Shown: positions 18,574-28,919 of the stretch, piece after piece
How the letters are laid out: every line of letters begins with the position of its first letter
Position numbering within the stretch: the first letter of the stretch is position 1
DNA from: Candidatus Bathyarchaeia archaeon
GTDB taxonomy: Archaea > Thermoproteota > Bathyarchaeia > Bathyarchaeales > Bathycorpusculaceae
Length of the DNA: 64,000 nucleotides
Reading direction: 5' to 3'
NCBI GenBank assembly: GCA_049512075.1
Contig: JBEKXL010000005.1
Location: forward strand, 69,847 to 133,846
Program-made: the position numbers and the translations under genes
The notes under the pieces: generated by a model
The model's input: only the letters and a program-made list of their open reading frames with translations
What the model was told of the DNA's origin: nothing
The model's database searches: none

Positions 18574-19086
18574 TCACCTGCCGGGGCGCTTCAGAAAGGC
18601 GTTACGTTTGGCTTCATATGCCTCCAAAGTCATCGCTGGCCTTGCTGGAACCCCCATCACAACCGTCTTGGGCGGAACATCACGGGTCACTACGCTTCCG
18701 CCACCGACGACGGAGCCTTCTCCAACTGTGACATCTGGCAGGATTGTGACGCCGCCGCCTATGATTGCCCTGTTCTTGACGAAGACGGGCGTCAACGTAC
18801 CGCTCTTGGGGTATTTGTCGTTCAAGAGACTTGTGTTGGGAGCTATGAAGACGGAGTCGCCTATCTTGCATTCGTTTGAAATCGTCACATGCGCCTGAAT
18901 GCTGCAGTCTTTTCCGATCACCACGTTCTTGCCGATGTCGCAGAAGCTGCCGATCACGGTTCCGTCGCCAATTTTCGTGTTGTCGCCTAAGACAACGAAG
19001 TTCCAAACTGTGACGTCCTTGCCGAACTTGACGTTTTCTCCTGTCTCAACGCTTTTTCCTATCTTCGGCTTCAGCATGAAGTCCAC
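18574..19086 (-). CDS. Hexapeptide-repeat sugar N-acetyltransferase (WbpD-like)
   Basis: Left-handed beta-helix repeats, NDKYP, GGGSVVTRDVP...GVPA. Confidence 0.85.
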   Translation of the reverse strand: MDFMLKPKIGKSVETGENVKFGKDVTVWNFVVLGDNTKIGDGTVIGSFCDIGKNVVIGKDCSIQAHVTISNECKIGDSVFIAPNTSLLNDKYPKSGTLTPVFVKNRAIIGGGVTILPDVTVGEGSVVGGGSVVTRDVPPKTVVMGVPARPAMTLEAYEAKRNAFLKRPGR

Positions 19087-19290
19087 TTTCCCGCTTCTAC
19101 GATTTTACAAGTGCCAAGTTTAAATAGTTTGGTAGTTCGATGCCAGCGCGCGCGCTTTCGCATCTGGGGGTCAGGAGCTCGCCCATTCTTCATCGTTGAA
19201 CACTCCATTATAATCATGAATTCAATTCGTTTATTAAGAGTGCTTGCCCACCCTGCCGATTTGTATCAGTGCGTGCTAGTCTATGCGAGG

Positions 19291-20664
19291 TTAGCGGGCG
19301 TAAGCTATCCACTTGTCTTTTTCAAGCCTTGCGGTGTACCCTCTCTTCCTGAGTCCCTCGTAGAGTGGCGCACCAGCGTACTCCTTGTTGAGGACAACTA
19401 TATCCGCGAGTTCTGCCGCTCGTTCTTCAAAGTCGAGTTCCAATTTGGTAGCGTAGTCTTTTCCGCTGAAATACGAGATAGGGTAGGTGAACTCCTTGGG
19501 CAAAGCGGCTATGGTGCGTCCTTCAATCGCGGATATTTCCTTGAAAATCTCTGTGTCGGCCTCACTGACAAGATATTTCTGATGTCTGCCGAAAAGTCTC
19601 AACACGTAGTAGTAGCCTATAGCGATGCCCGCAACGATGAAAGGGGCGTAGGCCCATAACAGATTTGATGAATAATTAACTGCGGACGCAGCCCAGAAAG
19701 CCAATGGAAAAACCATGTACCCCAGATACCGCCATCCCTCACCTATTATTCTGAACCTCCAGAAATTGGTCAATACTGCGAATAGCGCTAACGTGATGAT
19801 CCATACAAATGAGGAAATCAATGAGGCTGAAAAAATGTTTCCCCAGAGGACAAATATCGAGGCAGTAAAGAATAGGATCCAAGGACAATAGATTGCCAAC
19901 GCTGCTGTCTTTCTCAGGGGGCTTTCGGTGCGACTGTATACGAATTGTTTCAAGTAGCTTGATTTCAAGTGGTCAACGTGGGCTTTTAGCACTTTAAGAT
20001 AATACCCCTTTGAGATAGCCCGGGAGATGAGGAAGCCCGCTGCGACAGAAAGCAGATAGTCAAATCTTCCGATGAACAGGAACGCCAAGGACGTGAAGAG
20101 TACTACTTGAGCCGCGAACTTGTGAAGCAGAAGAATGAAAGCGACTAATACGGAAATGACAAGGAAATTGAACCACGAAAAATTGAGGGAAAAGAGGTAG
20201 ATGAATGAAACCAAAAGAATACTAAGCGGTCGGATACAAAAGCAGAAAGTCTGCTGAAAAATCATAGGAGAACTCAAGTACACGCCCGCAGCCAGAGCCG
20301 CGAGCACGACATTGTTCGTTATCAGAATCGTTGAAATAGTAAGAATGAGCGAGATGAAAGCGTCTGCAAGAGCCGGACCGTATTTCACCATTGGTTTCAC
20401 GAAGTTTTCTGGAATAACAGCCAGCAAATAGAAAAAAAGCGGAGGATAATACTTGTCCGCTTCAACGCTTTCTCCTCTGATTCTGCTGGAAAGCTTGAAA
20501 CCGTGTTCTCTTATCTTCTTGGCATCAATCAGAAATATCCAGGTATCGGCGCTGGACAGAAACATTCCCTTCAGTCTTCTGCCTAGGTAGAAGTGCCACT
20601 GAGTAAGTCTCGCAAAAAAAACGATTGCGCCAAGGAACACTGAAGGCAGCAAATCTAGTCCCAT
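19291..20664 (-). CDS. Multi-pass membrane protein, possible GT-C glycosyltransferase
   Basis: About 11 hydrophobic segments, YYPPLF and GEGWRY motifs, glycan-cluster context. Confidence 0.6.
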   Translation of the reverse strand: MGLDLLPSVFLGAIVFFARLTQWHFYLGRRLKGMFLSSADTWIFLIDAKKIREHGFKLSSRIRGESVEADKYYPPLFFYLLAVIPENFVKPMVKYGPALADAFISLILTISTILITNNVVLAALAAGVYLSSPMIFQQTFCFCIRPLSILLVSFIYLFSLNFSWFNFLVISVLVAFILLLHKFAAQVVLFTSLAFLFIGRFDYLLSVAAGFLISRAISKGYYLKVLKAHVDHLKSSYLKQFVYSRTESPLRKTAALAIYCPWILFFTASIFVLWGNIFSASLISSFVWIITLALFAVLTNFWRFRIIGEGWRYLGYMVFPLAFWAASAVNYSSNLLWAYAPFIVAGIAIGYYYVLRLFGRHQKYLVSEADTEIFKEISAIEGRTIAALPKEFTYPISYFSGKDYATKLELDFEERAAELADIVVLNKEYAGAPLYEGLRKRGYTARLEKDKWIAYAR

Positions 20665-20881
20665 CTCAAGGCCTTCGTCTTATCATTAGACAAAATATAA
20701 CAAAGCCGACGCAATATAACCTCTTACTTCAAACGTCAGGTTTTGCATCTTGCCTCTCAGATGGAGCTATGCATTTGCATAGTGCGTGGCGTGCATGACG
20801 AAAAAGCTATGAACAGAGGATGATTTCTTATATGCTAGCGCGTGGGAGAAATTGCGAACGCGAAGGTAATGGTGTTGAACA

Positions 20882-21628
20882 ATGCGTCTGAAAGATAAAG
20901 TATGCATAGTAACTGGAAGCTCCAGAGGTATCGGGAAGGGAATCGCAACAGCATTCGCAAAAGAAGGTGCAAAGACAGTAATCAACTATTGCTCTCAAGA
21001 AGACGCGGCAAAGGAAACTGCAAATGAGATTGTTCAGAAATATCAGACTGATGTAGAAATTGTAAAATCAGATGTTTCGAAAGAGGAAGAAGTTGTTAAG
21101 ATGGTCAAAATAACAAAGGAGAGATTTGGGACTGTAGATATCTTAGTCAATAATGCTGGTGTACATAACGATAGAGTTGTCTGGAAAATGGATAAAAACA
21201 TCTGGGATGAAGTAATGTTCACCAATCTCACAGGAGTCTTTCTTTGCACAAAACATGTAGTACCTGTGATGAGGGAGAAAGGGTGGGGAAGAATCGTAAA
21301 CATTTCATCAGTGGTCGGGCAGACAGGATTATTCGGTGCAAGCAATTATGTTGCATCAAAATCTGGTCTTTTTGGTTTTACAAAAACAGTTGCTAAGGAG
21401 GTCGCTAATAGAAACATCACTGTCAACTGTGTCGCCTTTGGCTATATTGAGGCAGGCATGAACCTTAGACTGACAGAAGAAACGAGGCAAAAAGTTCTAC
21501 AAGAAATCCCCATGAAACGCTTTGGAAAGATAGAGGAGGTGGCTAGTCTAATTGTGTTCCTGTGCAGCGATGAAGCCGCATACATTACAGGTCAAGTAAT
21601 TCATATTAATGGTGGTTATTATGGGTAG
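20882..21628 (+). CDS. Short-chain dehydrogenase, FabG/PhaB-like
   Basis: TGSSRGIG, VNNAG, NISSV, YVASK, GQVIHINGG. Confidence 0.88.
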   Translation: MRLKDKVCIVTGSSRGIGKGIATAFAKEGAKTVINYCSQEDAAKETANEIVQKYQTDVEIVKSDVSKEEEVVKMVKITKERFGTVDILVNNAGVHNDRVVWKMDKNIWDEVMFTNLTGVFLCTKHVVPVMREKGWGRIVNISSVVGQTGLFGASNYVASKSGLFGFTKTVAKEVANRNITVNCVAFGYIEAGMNLRLTEETRQKVLQEIPMKRFGKIEEVASLIVFLCSDEAAYITGQVIHINGGYYG

Positions 21629-21636
21629 GTGGAACT

Positions 21637-22833
21637 GTGCAGCATGCAATACAATACGAAACTGGTGAGATTGAAGCTGGAGTAACGTTAGGAGCGAATC
21701 TAAAGATCAAAGCCAGAACGCTTCTGATAAAAAAGAACTGCACTATCGGAGATAACACAGAGATATGTACAGATGATTTGTTCATAGATGAAGGTGTGAA
21801 AATAGAACCTGACGTGGTTATAAAAAGCAAAAAAGTGCATTTCGCCAAAAATGTGAAAATTGCACTACGAACAAGTGTATTTTCGCATGATGTTTACGTT
21901 GATCAAGACACAAGGATAGACGCCGATACTAGGATAATTGCGTACGAGAAGCTAAGAATAGGAAAGAATAGCATTATAAGAAGAAACGCTAGATTTAAGG
22001 CAAGAAACATTGAGATAGGCGATTTCTTCTATTCAGACGACAACCCTACTCCCCTAATAATAGGTGGCGGTGGTGCAGATCGCCCAACCGCACAAATAAA
22101 AATTGGCTCACGATGCGTAATTCATGACAGTTTCATAAACGTGTGCATGCCTGTAGAAATAGGAAACAATGTTGGTTTCAGCGGAGGTTCAACGATCATA
22201 ACCCACGGTTTCTGGAACTCGGTAATAGAAGGATATAGCAGTGAATTTGCACCCGTCAAAATTGGAAACAACGTGATTATAGGGTACAGAGCTGTGATTT
22301 TACCCGGAGCAAGAATCGGAGATTATTGCACTATTGGTGCTGGTGCCGTCGTTACCAAGAGTTTTCCATCCTACTGTGTCATCGGGGGAGTACCTGCAAA
22401 GGTAATAAAGACGCAACCAGACTACCCCAAGAAGTTGACATTCGAAGACAAGATCAAGATAATGGAGGACCTGCTGAAGAAATACGCAGAACTACTCGAA
22501 GATAAAGTAGATGGGGTAACTCTCACCAAAAGCGATGATGCCTTAATCATCGCTGGAGAGTACCTGTCCAGAAAATTTCAGATAATTTTTTCACCTTCCA
22601 TCAGAGGCAAACCATATGATCAGAGCTTAAGGAATGTCTTTCTAACTTTCGAGAGCATGCCGGTTTCAGACAAAAATTTCTTGATAAATCTTTCAGACTA
22701 TACATATAGCGGGAAAGATGATGAAGTTACTGATGATTTAAGAGATTTTTTGAGGCATTATGGTATTCGCGTTTTTTCGAGACAGTTTCGTTCAATCCCT
22801 CCAAAACTCGGAAGGGAGCTTTTTGACACATAG
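21637..22833 (+). CDS. Long hexapeptide-repeat acyltransferase
   Basis: Extended beta-helix, THGFW, GAGAVVTK, GGVPAK, extra C-terminal domain. Confidence 0.8.
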   Translation: MQHAIQYETGEIEAGVTLGANLKIKARTLLIKKNCTIGDNTEICTDDLFIDEGVKIEPDVVIKSKKVHFAKNVKIALRTSVFSHDVYVDQDTRIDADTRIIAYEKLRIGKNSIIRRNARFKARNIEIGDFFYSDDNPTPLIIGGGGADRPTAQIKIGSRCVIHDSFINVCMPVEIGNNVGFSGGSTIITHGFWNSVIEGYSSEFAPVKIGNNVIIGYRAVILPGARIGDYCTIGAGAVVTKSFPSYCVIGGVPAKVIKTQPDYPKKLTFEDKIKIMEDLLKKYAELLEDKVDGVTLTKSDDALIIAGEYLSRKFQIIFSPSIRGKPYDQSLRNVFLTFESMPVSDKNFLINLSDYTYSGKDDEVTDDLRDFLRHYGIRVFSRQFRSIPPKLGRELFDT

Positions 22834-23006
22834 GTGTCTATGCATAGGGAAAGAGTTGGAAGATTCTGCGATGATCACCAAGCTCAAAAATTCTGCACAC
22901 CCCGCCCGCGATTTTTGGAACAGCGCACGCGAAGACGGAGTTGAAGGTACCGTGATAGGGGTGTGGCGAAATTAGACAAGGAACCAAAAAAGTAGGAGAC
23001 GTTGCC

Positions 23007-23777
23007 TTGCTCAACAGGCTCAGAGATTTCACTTACGACGCCTACATTGACTTCATTAACCTGCTAAAGAAGAAATACAGAATAATACCCTTCTGCGAAG
23101 TCACGGACACCAATGCGCCCTTCCTTATTCTTCGTCACGACGTGGATGCCTCTCTTGAAGCGGCGCTAAAAATGGCGGAACGGGAGAAAAAGCTTGAAAT
23201 CAAATCCACCTACTTTGTATTGTTTTCTCACAAGCTCTACAACCTTCTGGAGAAAGACAGCCTAAACACCTTGAAGGAAATTTCAGGATTGGGCCATGAA
23301 ATCGGGCTTCACTACGACGTCGAAACTTACGAAAGCTACGGGCGAACTCCTAGAGAATCAATGCACAACGAAATTCAAATGCTTGAACGCCTCTTAAACA
23401 GGAAGATCTTCAGCGTTGCCTGCCACAATGTGTCTCTTATTACCGGAGAAGACCCACTTAGAAATGTCAAAGGGTACATCAATGTTTACGACCCTAGATT
23501 TTGCGAGAATTACGTTTCCGACTCTTGCAGAGCCTGGTTCTTGAGAGACCTGTCCAGGCTTCTGGAATTCAAGTCCACACGTGTGCATTTGCTGATTCAT
23601 CCATTCTTGTGGACAGAAAATGCCTGCAAGAGAGAGACTGTTTTAGCAAACTTGTTCAATGAAGTTGCAGCAAGAAATAGAATATATAAAGAAGAATGGC
23701 TACGAGTTTGGCACGAAAACGCGAAAGTCAAGGCCTATGACAAATCAGTGAGAAAGCTGAAACGCGACGAGGACTGA
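23007..23777 (+). CDS. Polysaccharide deacetylase-like protein (WbmS-like)
   Basis: LRHDVD, STYFV, HEIGLHYD, YVSDS, LLIHPFLW. Confidence 0.75.
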   Translation: MLNRLRDFTYDAYIDFINLLKKKYRIIPFCEVTDTNAPFLILRHDVDASLEAALKMAEREKKLEIKSTYFVLFSHKLYNLLEKDSLNTLKEISGLGHEIGLHYDVETYESYGRTPRESMHNEIQMLERLLNRKIFSVACHNVSLITGEDPLRNVKGYINVYDPRFCENYVSDSCRAWFLRDLSRLLEFKSTRVHLLIHPFLWTENACKRETVLANLFNEVAARNRIYKEEWLRVWHENAKVKAYDKSVRKLKRDED

Positions 23778-23816
23778 CATCGATTCTCGGATGACGTTTC
23801 ACGTTAAAGCTAACCA

Positions 23817-24869
23817 CTATCCATTCCTGGTGGTCATCGGCAAGAACCTTGCTTTAGTAGGAAGCAGAAATCTTATTACTCTAATCTCTATTTCTGTCCT
23901 TCTCTTCGTGTATGTTTTGTTTGAGAGATCAAAGATTGTTGTCTCATAGCAGTACTTACTTGTAGTGTTCTTCTTGGCAAAGATAATTTCTTTCGCATCT
24001 TCCTTAATTGCCTGGTCGTTTGCCTCTTCAAGGAAGATAATGTTGTATGATTGGTGATCTTCTTCTATGTGCCAGCCATTTTCCAGTTCTGTAAGATTAT
24101 TCGCTTTGACTGCGGTCACAAATTCCTTCATGAATTTTTTCATCATCTCATATTTTTCTTCGACAGTAACCTGTTTGTAAGGATGCAATTTCTCTGTTAT
24201 GTCTTTGGCTGGGTTGCCAGCAACACACGCATAAGGTGGGACGTCTTTCGTTACAACTGAACCAGTCAAGACAACCGATCTTCTTCCCACGGTTATCCCT
24301 GGTGATACGACGTTGAAAGAACCGACCAACCAAACATCGTCTTCGATAGTTACGGGAGCCACTTTGAAAATCGTACAGCCCTCGATTAGTTCTCCAAAAA
24401 AGCCATGGGTCCATACGCAGCTGTATGTCCCTATTCCAACACCATTGCCTATCGTCAACCTGTCTGTGGAGTTCAAAATACAGTTCTGCCCGATCCATAC
24501 ATTATGACCTAGCGTGCAAGGCTTGTAACCATTAACAAGTAGATGGTTGTGCAGTGAAACGTAATCTCCAGCCTCAAAAGAAGAAACAATTATTTTGCTG
24601 TCATATCCAATGAAGCAGTTGTCGCCGATTGAGAATTTGCTATTCTGCCCAGTCAGTTGTATCCTGCAGTTATCTTCAATCTTTGATCCAAAGCCTATGT
24701 GTATATGGTCTGCTGAAATAGTGGTGTTATTGCCTATCACGACATTATCCTCGACAAGTATTTCCTTTCCCTTAATGGTTGTGTTCCTCCCTATTTTTAG
24801 GGATTTGCACAGCTGCACTTGTTCGCCCTCGATACTACTTTCGCCTTCAAATGTTATCTTGTCAGCCAT
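23817..24869 (-). CDS. Long hexapeptide-repeat acyltransferase, paralog of 21637..22833
   Basis: Beta-helix, WTHGFF, GSVVTKDVP, AGNPAK, similar C-terminal domain. Confidence 0.8.
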   Translation of the reverse strand: MADKITFEGESSIEGEQVQLCKSLKIGRNTTIKGKEILVEDNVVIGNNTTISADHIHIGFGSKIEDNCRIQLTGQNSKFSIGDNCFIGYDSKIIVSSFEAGDYVSLHNHLLVNGYKPCTLGHNVWIGQNCILNSTDRLTIGNGVGIGTYSCVWTHGFFGELIEGCTIFKVAPVTIEDDVWLVGSFNVVSPGITVGRRSVVLTGSVVTKDVPPYACVAGNPAKDITEKLHPYKQVTVEEKYEMMKKFMKEFVTAVKANNLTELENGWHIEEDHQSYNIIFLEEANDQAIKEDAKEIIFAKKNTTSKYCYETTIFDLSNKTYTKRRTEIEIRVIRFLLPTKARFLPMTTRNG

Positions 24870-25035
24870 CCTTCCACGACTGTCACATCAATATATATGA
24901 ACTGACTATGGATCGTGCTAACTGAATACCAAACAGTACTCGGTTTTTCTTATTATCTTTTCTGCATGGGTTTCTAATAGTACTCGGGATGTTTCTTAAC
25001 GTCGCGCGCGCGTTCAAGATAAGGGCTTTGCATTT

Positions 25036-26001
25036 CTAGTAGAACTTTGGATGTTTCGTAATGTCTTTAGCAACCTCAGCCAAGCCCGCTTCAAATCCAA
25101 CTCTAGGTTTGAACTTCAACATTTTTTCTATTTTTGAAATATCAGCCTGCCGTCTGCGCACAATAATCTTTTGTTCTTTTTGGTAATCCGGCTCGAGCTT
25201 GCTGTTGAACAGCTTGATCACGGTTTCTGCAAGCATTTTGACTGAAGTTGAAACGCCGCTCCCCACGTTAAATGCTTCGCCCCAAACATCACTTTCTGCG
25301 GCAAGAATGTTGGCGTCTACCACATCGTAAACGTTCACGAAATCCATTGATTGGCTACCGTCACCGGAAATGACCGGCGGCTTTCCCCCCTGAACATTCT
25401 TCATAAAATTAATTATCACAGACGAATAAAAGGCATCAACGCTCTGTCTCGGACCGTAAACATTGAAGTTCCTCAGAATGTTATATTTCAGTCCTTTAGG
25501 CGCAAAGATTTTCAAGGCATATTCTCCGGCGATCTTGCTAACACAATACGGAGTTATGGGGTTGAAGGGGTGCTTTTCATCCATGGGAAGGTACTGTGGA
25601 TTTCCATAAACTGAGGCTGAAGAAGCAAATATTAGCTTTTCAACCCCTGTGTCTGACGCTGCTTTGAAAACGTTGAAGCTTCCGTCTACGTTTATCTGGA
25701 TGCTTTCTTCTGGATGCGCAACGGAATAGTTAATGCAGACAGCGGCTTCGTGAAAAACGTATTTTGCGCCTTTCACAACGTCGCGGACAGTCTGCGAATT
25801 CCTTATATCACCTTCAATGAATTTCGCCTTCTTGGCGTCAACCAGATCCTGTATGTATTCGCATCTTCCTCTTGTCAGATTGTCCAGTATAACAACATCG
25901 TATCCTAAATCAACAAGCTTGTGTGACAGGTGTGAGCCGATGAAACCTGCGCCTCCTGTGACTACGACTTTATTCTTCGGCATGGTCTTTACTCTCAACA
26001 T
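25036..26001 (-). CDS. NAD-dependent nucleotide-sugar epimerase/dehydratase
   Basis: TGGAGFIGS, ASSASVYG, YCVSK, RNFNVYGPRQ. Confidence 0.9.
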   Translation of the reverse strand: MLRVKTMPKNKVVVTGGAGFIGSHLSHKLVDLGYDVVILDNLTRGRCEYIQDLVDAKKAKFIEGDIRNSQTVRDVVKGAKYVFHEAAVCINYSVAHPEESIQINVDGSFNVFKAASDTGVEKLIFASSASVYGNPQYLPMDEKHPFNPITPYCVSKIAGEYALKIFAPKGLKYNILRNFNVYGPRQSVDAFYSSVIINFMKNVQGGKPPVISGDGSQSMDFVNVYDVVDANILAAESDVWGEAFNVGSGVSTSVKMLAETVIKLFNSKLEPDYQKEQKIIVRRRQADISKIEKMLKFKPRVGFEAGLAEVAKDITKHPKFY

Positions 26002-26080
26002 GTATCAGAAACAATAATGTTAAAAACGTTTTCTCCTTAAATAGGAAAACCTTGCGATACTAAAGACAAGAAAGCTGGCA

Positions 26081-27199
26081 ATGTATATGCCTGAAAAGAA
26101 AATCAAACTAATCGAGCCCGTTATTGGAGAAGAAGAAATTGAAGCGGTAAAACAAGTTCTCCGGTCGGGATGGCTCACAGAAGGAGAAAAAACAAGGGAA
26201 TTCGAGGAAATCGTAAGAAAATATGTCGGTGCTAAATACGCCTTTGCCACAACGTCCTGCACGACAGCGTTGGAGTTAGCCCTAAGAGCGCTGTGCGTAG
26301 GCCCAGGCGACGAAGTAATAGTACCCGACTTCACCCACCCAGCAACGGGAAACGTGGTAGCATGGATGGGGGCAACCCCAGTCCTTGTTGACGTGGACAC
26401 GTCCTCTCGCAATATAGACGTTCAAGAGATAGAGAATGCCCTCAGCAAAAAAACCAAGTGTATAATCGCGGTCTCTTGGGGCGGAAACCCGTTAGACACG
26501 AGACCGATAAGCGCGCTAAAAGACAAGTATGGCCTCTCCGTCATAGAGGACGCCGCTTGCAGCCTGGGAGCTGAATATGGCAGCAGGAAAACCGGAACAA
26601 TGGCCGACATCACATGCTTCAGCTTCCACCCGAGAAAAGTGATTACAACTGGCGAGGGAGGAATGACCGTCACAGACGATCCCGCGCTTGCAGAGAGACT
26701 TCAAAGACTGAGAATGTTCGGCATGGAGACAAAGAACGGAGAAATCATATTCACGCAAATGGGAACGAACTGCAAGATGAGTAATGTCTTGGCATCCATC
26801 GGTGTAGAGCAAATGAAGAAGATAGATTCAATAATAAACAGAAGAATCGAACTAGCCGCCTATTACGACAAGCTGATTGCTGAAGTCGATATGCTGAGAC
26901 CGCCTACCCGGAACAAGAACGTCAAGCACACCTATCAAACTTATGCGGTTTATGTTGAGAAGGAAGGAGTAAGGAACAAAATCATCGAAGACCTGCGAAA
27001 GAGAAATATCGAAACACAGATAGGAACATACGCGTTGCACCTGCAACCAAGCTATGCAGAGACACGTAAGGTCGGAAAATTAGACAGAGCAGAGAAGCTG
27101 TACAGAAATCTGCTTGCATTGCCAATGTGTCACATCATGACCAAAAGGGACCAAGAACTGGTAGTCTCGGAAGTCTCAAAATCCCTCCACACACGATAA
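26081..27199 (+). CDS. DegT/DnrJ/EryC1/StrS sugar aminotransferase
   Basis: SCTTALELAL, EDAACSLG, FSFHPRKVITTGEGG, ALPM. Confidence 0.92.
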   Translation: MYMPEKKIKLIEPVIGEEEIEAVKQVLRSGWLTEGEKTREFEEIVRKYVGAKYAFATTSCTTALELALRALCVGPGDEVIVPDFTHPATGNVVAWMGATPVLVDVDTSSRNIDVQEIENALSKKTKCIIAVSWGGNPLDTRPISALKDKYGLSVIEDAACSLGAEYGSRKTGTMADITCFSFHPRKVITTGEGGMTVTDDPALAERLQRLRMFGMETKNGEIIFTQMGTNCKMSNVLASIGVEQMKKIDSIINRRIELAAYYDKLIAEVDMLRPPTRNKNVKHTYQTYAVYVEKEGVRNKIIEDLRKRNIETQIGTYALHLQPSYAETRKVGKLDRAEKLYRNLLALPMCHIMTKRDQELVVSEVSKSLHTR

Positions 27200-27401
27200 C
27201 ACTCGCGCACAAATTCCTTTTTTGGCCCTATTTTTAGCAAAAACTACGGTGCAAACAAGGCCATTTTTCAAAACGCATTTGCGGAGCATCTCAATACATT
27301 TTCCGTGCATCGACAGTGGAGTGTAATAACATGTGGCGCGCAAAGCTATCACCGAAATCTGTAAATATGCAGGACAGCATAACGTAGCAAGAGAACCTTC
27401 T

Positions 27402-28538
27402 ATGAAAGTCCACGTAACATCAATAGTGAGTTTGACGTTGATTATCGTGATGTTGGCGTTGTCCTCAAGTGTTCTCACGACAACAACTACACCCATAAAA
27501 GCCAGTAATGAATCAACGATCCTCGTTGTTCAGAACTCGCAGCAGCGTTTTTGGTTCACGGATAACGCTTTGAACCAGCTGGGAATCAGTCATGACACCG
27601 TTAACGTGTCCGAGTTTGCAACCATGAACATCTCAAAATACAAGATCATCATTGTCGGAACTCAAATTGGACCGGCCGAGGAAGTGGACTCGTATTTGGA
27701 CAGCGTATCGGCAGAGGTAGAAGCTTGGGTCACCTCAGGAGGTTGCATAATGGTCTCAGGGCAGTACGTCAACGCTAGCGTTTTTGACCTGAACGGTGCA
27801 CTGTGCTATGATCAGGGTTCCGGGTACTACGCGTGGCTGCCAGGCCAGCCGGGTTTTGTTAGCGTGTCCACTGAGTGGGTTAGCATAGCTGACAGTAACC
27901 ATCCGATAACTGAGAACTTTACTGATTATGATCTTTCCAATTGGGGCAGCAGTGCAGACGGCTACTTTATTCTAACTTCTGGAGAAACGCCACTAGCCGT
28001 GCATGAGGGTTATCCGGACCGTCCAGTCCTCTATGCCAAAACGCTCGGCGCGGGCAAAATTGTTGCAACGGGCCTTGACCCAGACTACCATGGCTTCATT
28101 TACAATGCTCGCGGAGACGAAGGAAAACAAATGGCTCAAAACCTGCTGAAAGCAATTCTTAACTGGTTCAGCAAACAAGAGGTAGACGTTGAAGGCACGC
28201 TTACCGCCGCTGTCAACGGCTCGCCTTTCGGTGGCGATGTGATCGGCGAATATCAGCTCAGTGTAGCTGACAGTCATTTCGTGACGGTCACAGCCACGTT
28301 AAACATAACTCCTGCCAGTAACACTGTTTTTGAGGGCTGGCTGGTTAACTCAAATGCTAGCTACAGCCTAAGCCTCGGAATGCTGGGTGGAAACAATGGC
28401 ACTAGGCTGAGCTTCCAGCAGTTGATGGTTAACCCTTTCATCTACGACTCTATAATCATAAGCCAAGAGCCAGTGAACGACACAAATCCAAACCCGTCTG
28501 CTCCGATCGGTGGAGCTCAACTCCCAAACTTCAGCTAA
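27402..28538 (+). CDS. Secreted/surface protein with a GATase-like fold and a C-terminal beta domain
   Basis: N-terminal signal peptide, WVTSGGCIMV, HPIT, GAGKIVATG; C-terminal FEGWLV...SQEP...P. Confidence 0.6.
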   Translation: MKVHVTSIVSLTLIIVMLALSSSVLTTTTTPIKASNESTILVVQNSQQRFWFTDNALNQLGISHDTVNVSEFATMNISKYKIIIVGTQIGPAEEVDSYLDSVSAEVEAWVTSGGCIMVSGQYVNASVFDLNGALCYDQGSGYYAWLPGQPGFVSVSTEWVSIADSNHPITENFTDYDLSNWGSSADGYFILTSGETPLAVHEGYPDRPVLYAKTLGAGKIVATGLDPDYHGFIYNARGDEGKQMAQNLLKAILNWFSKQEVDVEGTLTAAVNGSPFGGDVIGEYQLSVADSHFVTVTATLNITPASNTVFEGWLVNSNASYSLSLGMLGGNNGTRLSFQQLMVNPFIYDSIIISQEPVNDTNPNPSAPIGGAQLPNFS

Positions 28539-28700
28539 TAGCACATGACCCGCGCCTCAGAACTCGAGGCTCTTCGAACACAAATAACGAACCCTAAGTA
28601 TTCTAGATATACCTGAAAAAACCTCCAACCACGCGGCAGAGCACAAGCAACAGAATAGAACTCGAGAGAGTTGCCAGTCGAGACAACTGAGCCGTGAATA

Positions 28701-28845
28701 GCGCGCCGCTCTACATCGATCGAGCGACATTTGATCATGCTTTTAAAATCACACTCGAGCTTATGAAAAAACTAGATTATAACAATATTCTAGAGATAGG
28801 ATGTGGAAAAGCGGAATTTAGAACTTTCCCAATTATACCGCGCGC
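28701..28845 (+). pseudogene. Class I SAM methyltransferase fragment bracketed by (CG)n tracts
   Basis: NILEIGCGKAEF motif I only; GCGCGC at 28701 and CGCGCGC at 28839. Confidence 0.55.
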
Positions 28846-28919
28846 TCACTGCCCAGAAAACTCGAGGACAAAGGATATTCAGTTAGACTCGAAAAGGAGA
28901 GGTGGATCGTTTATGCATG

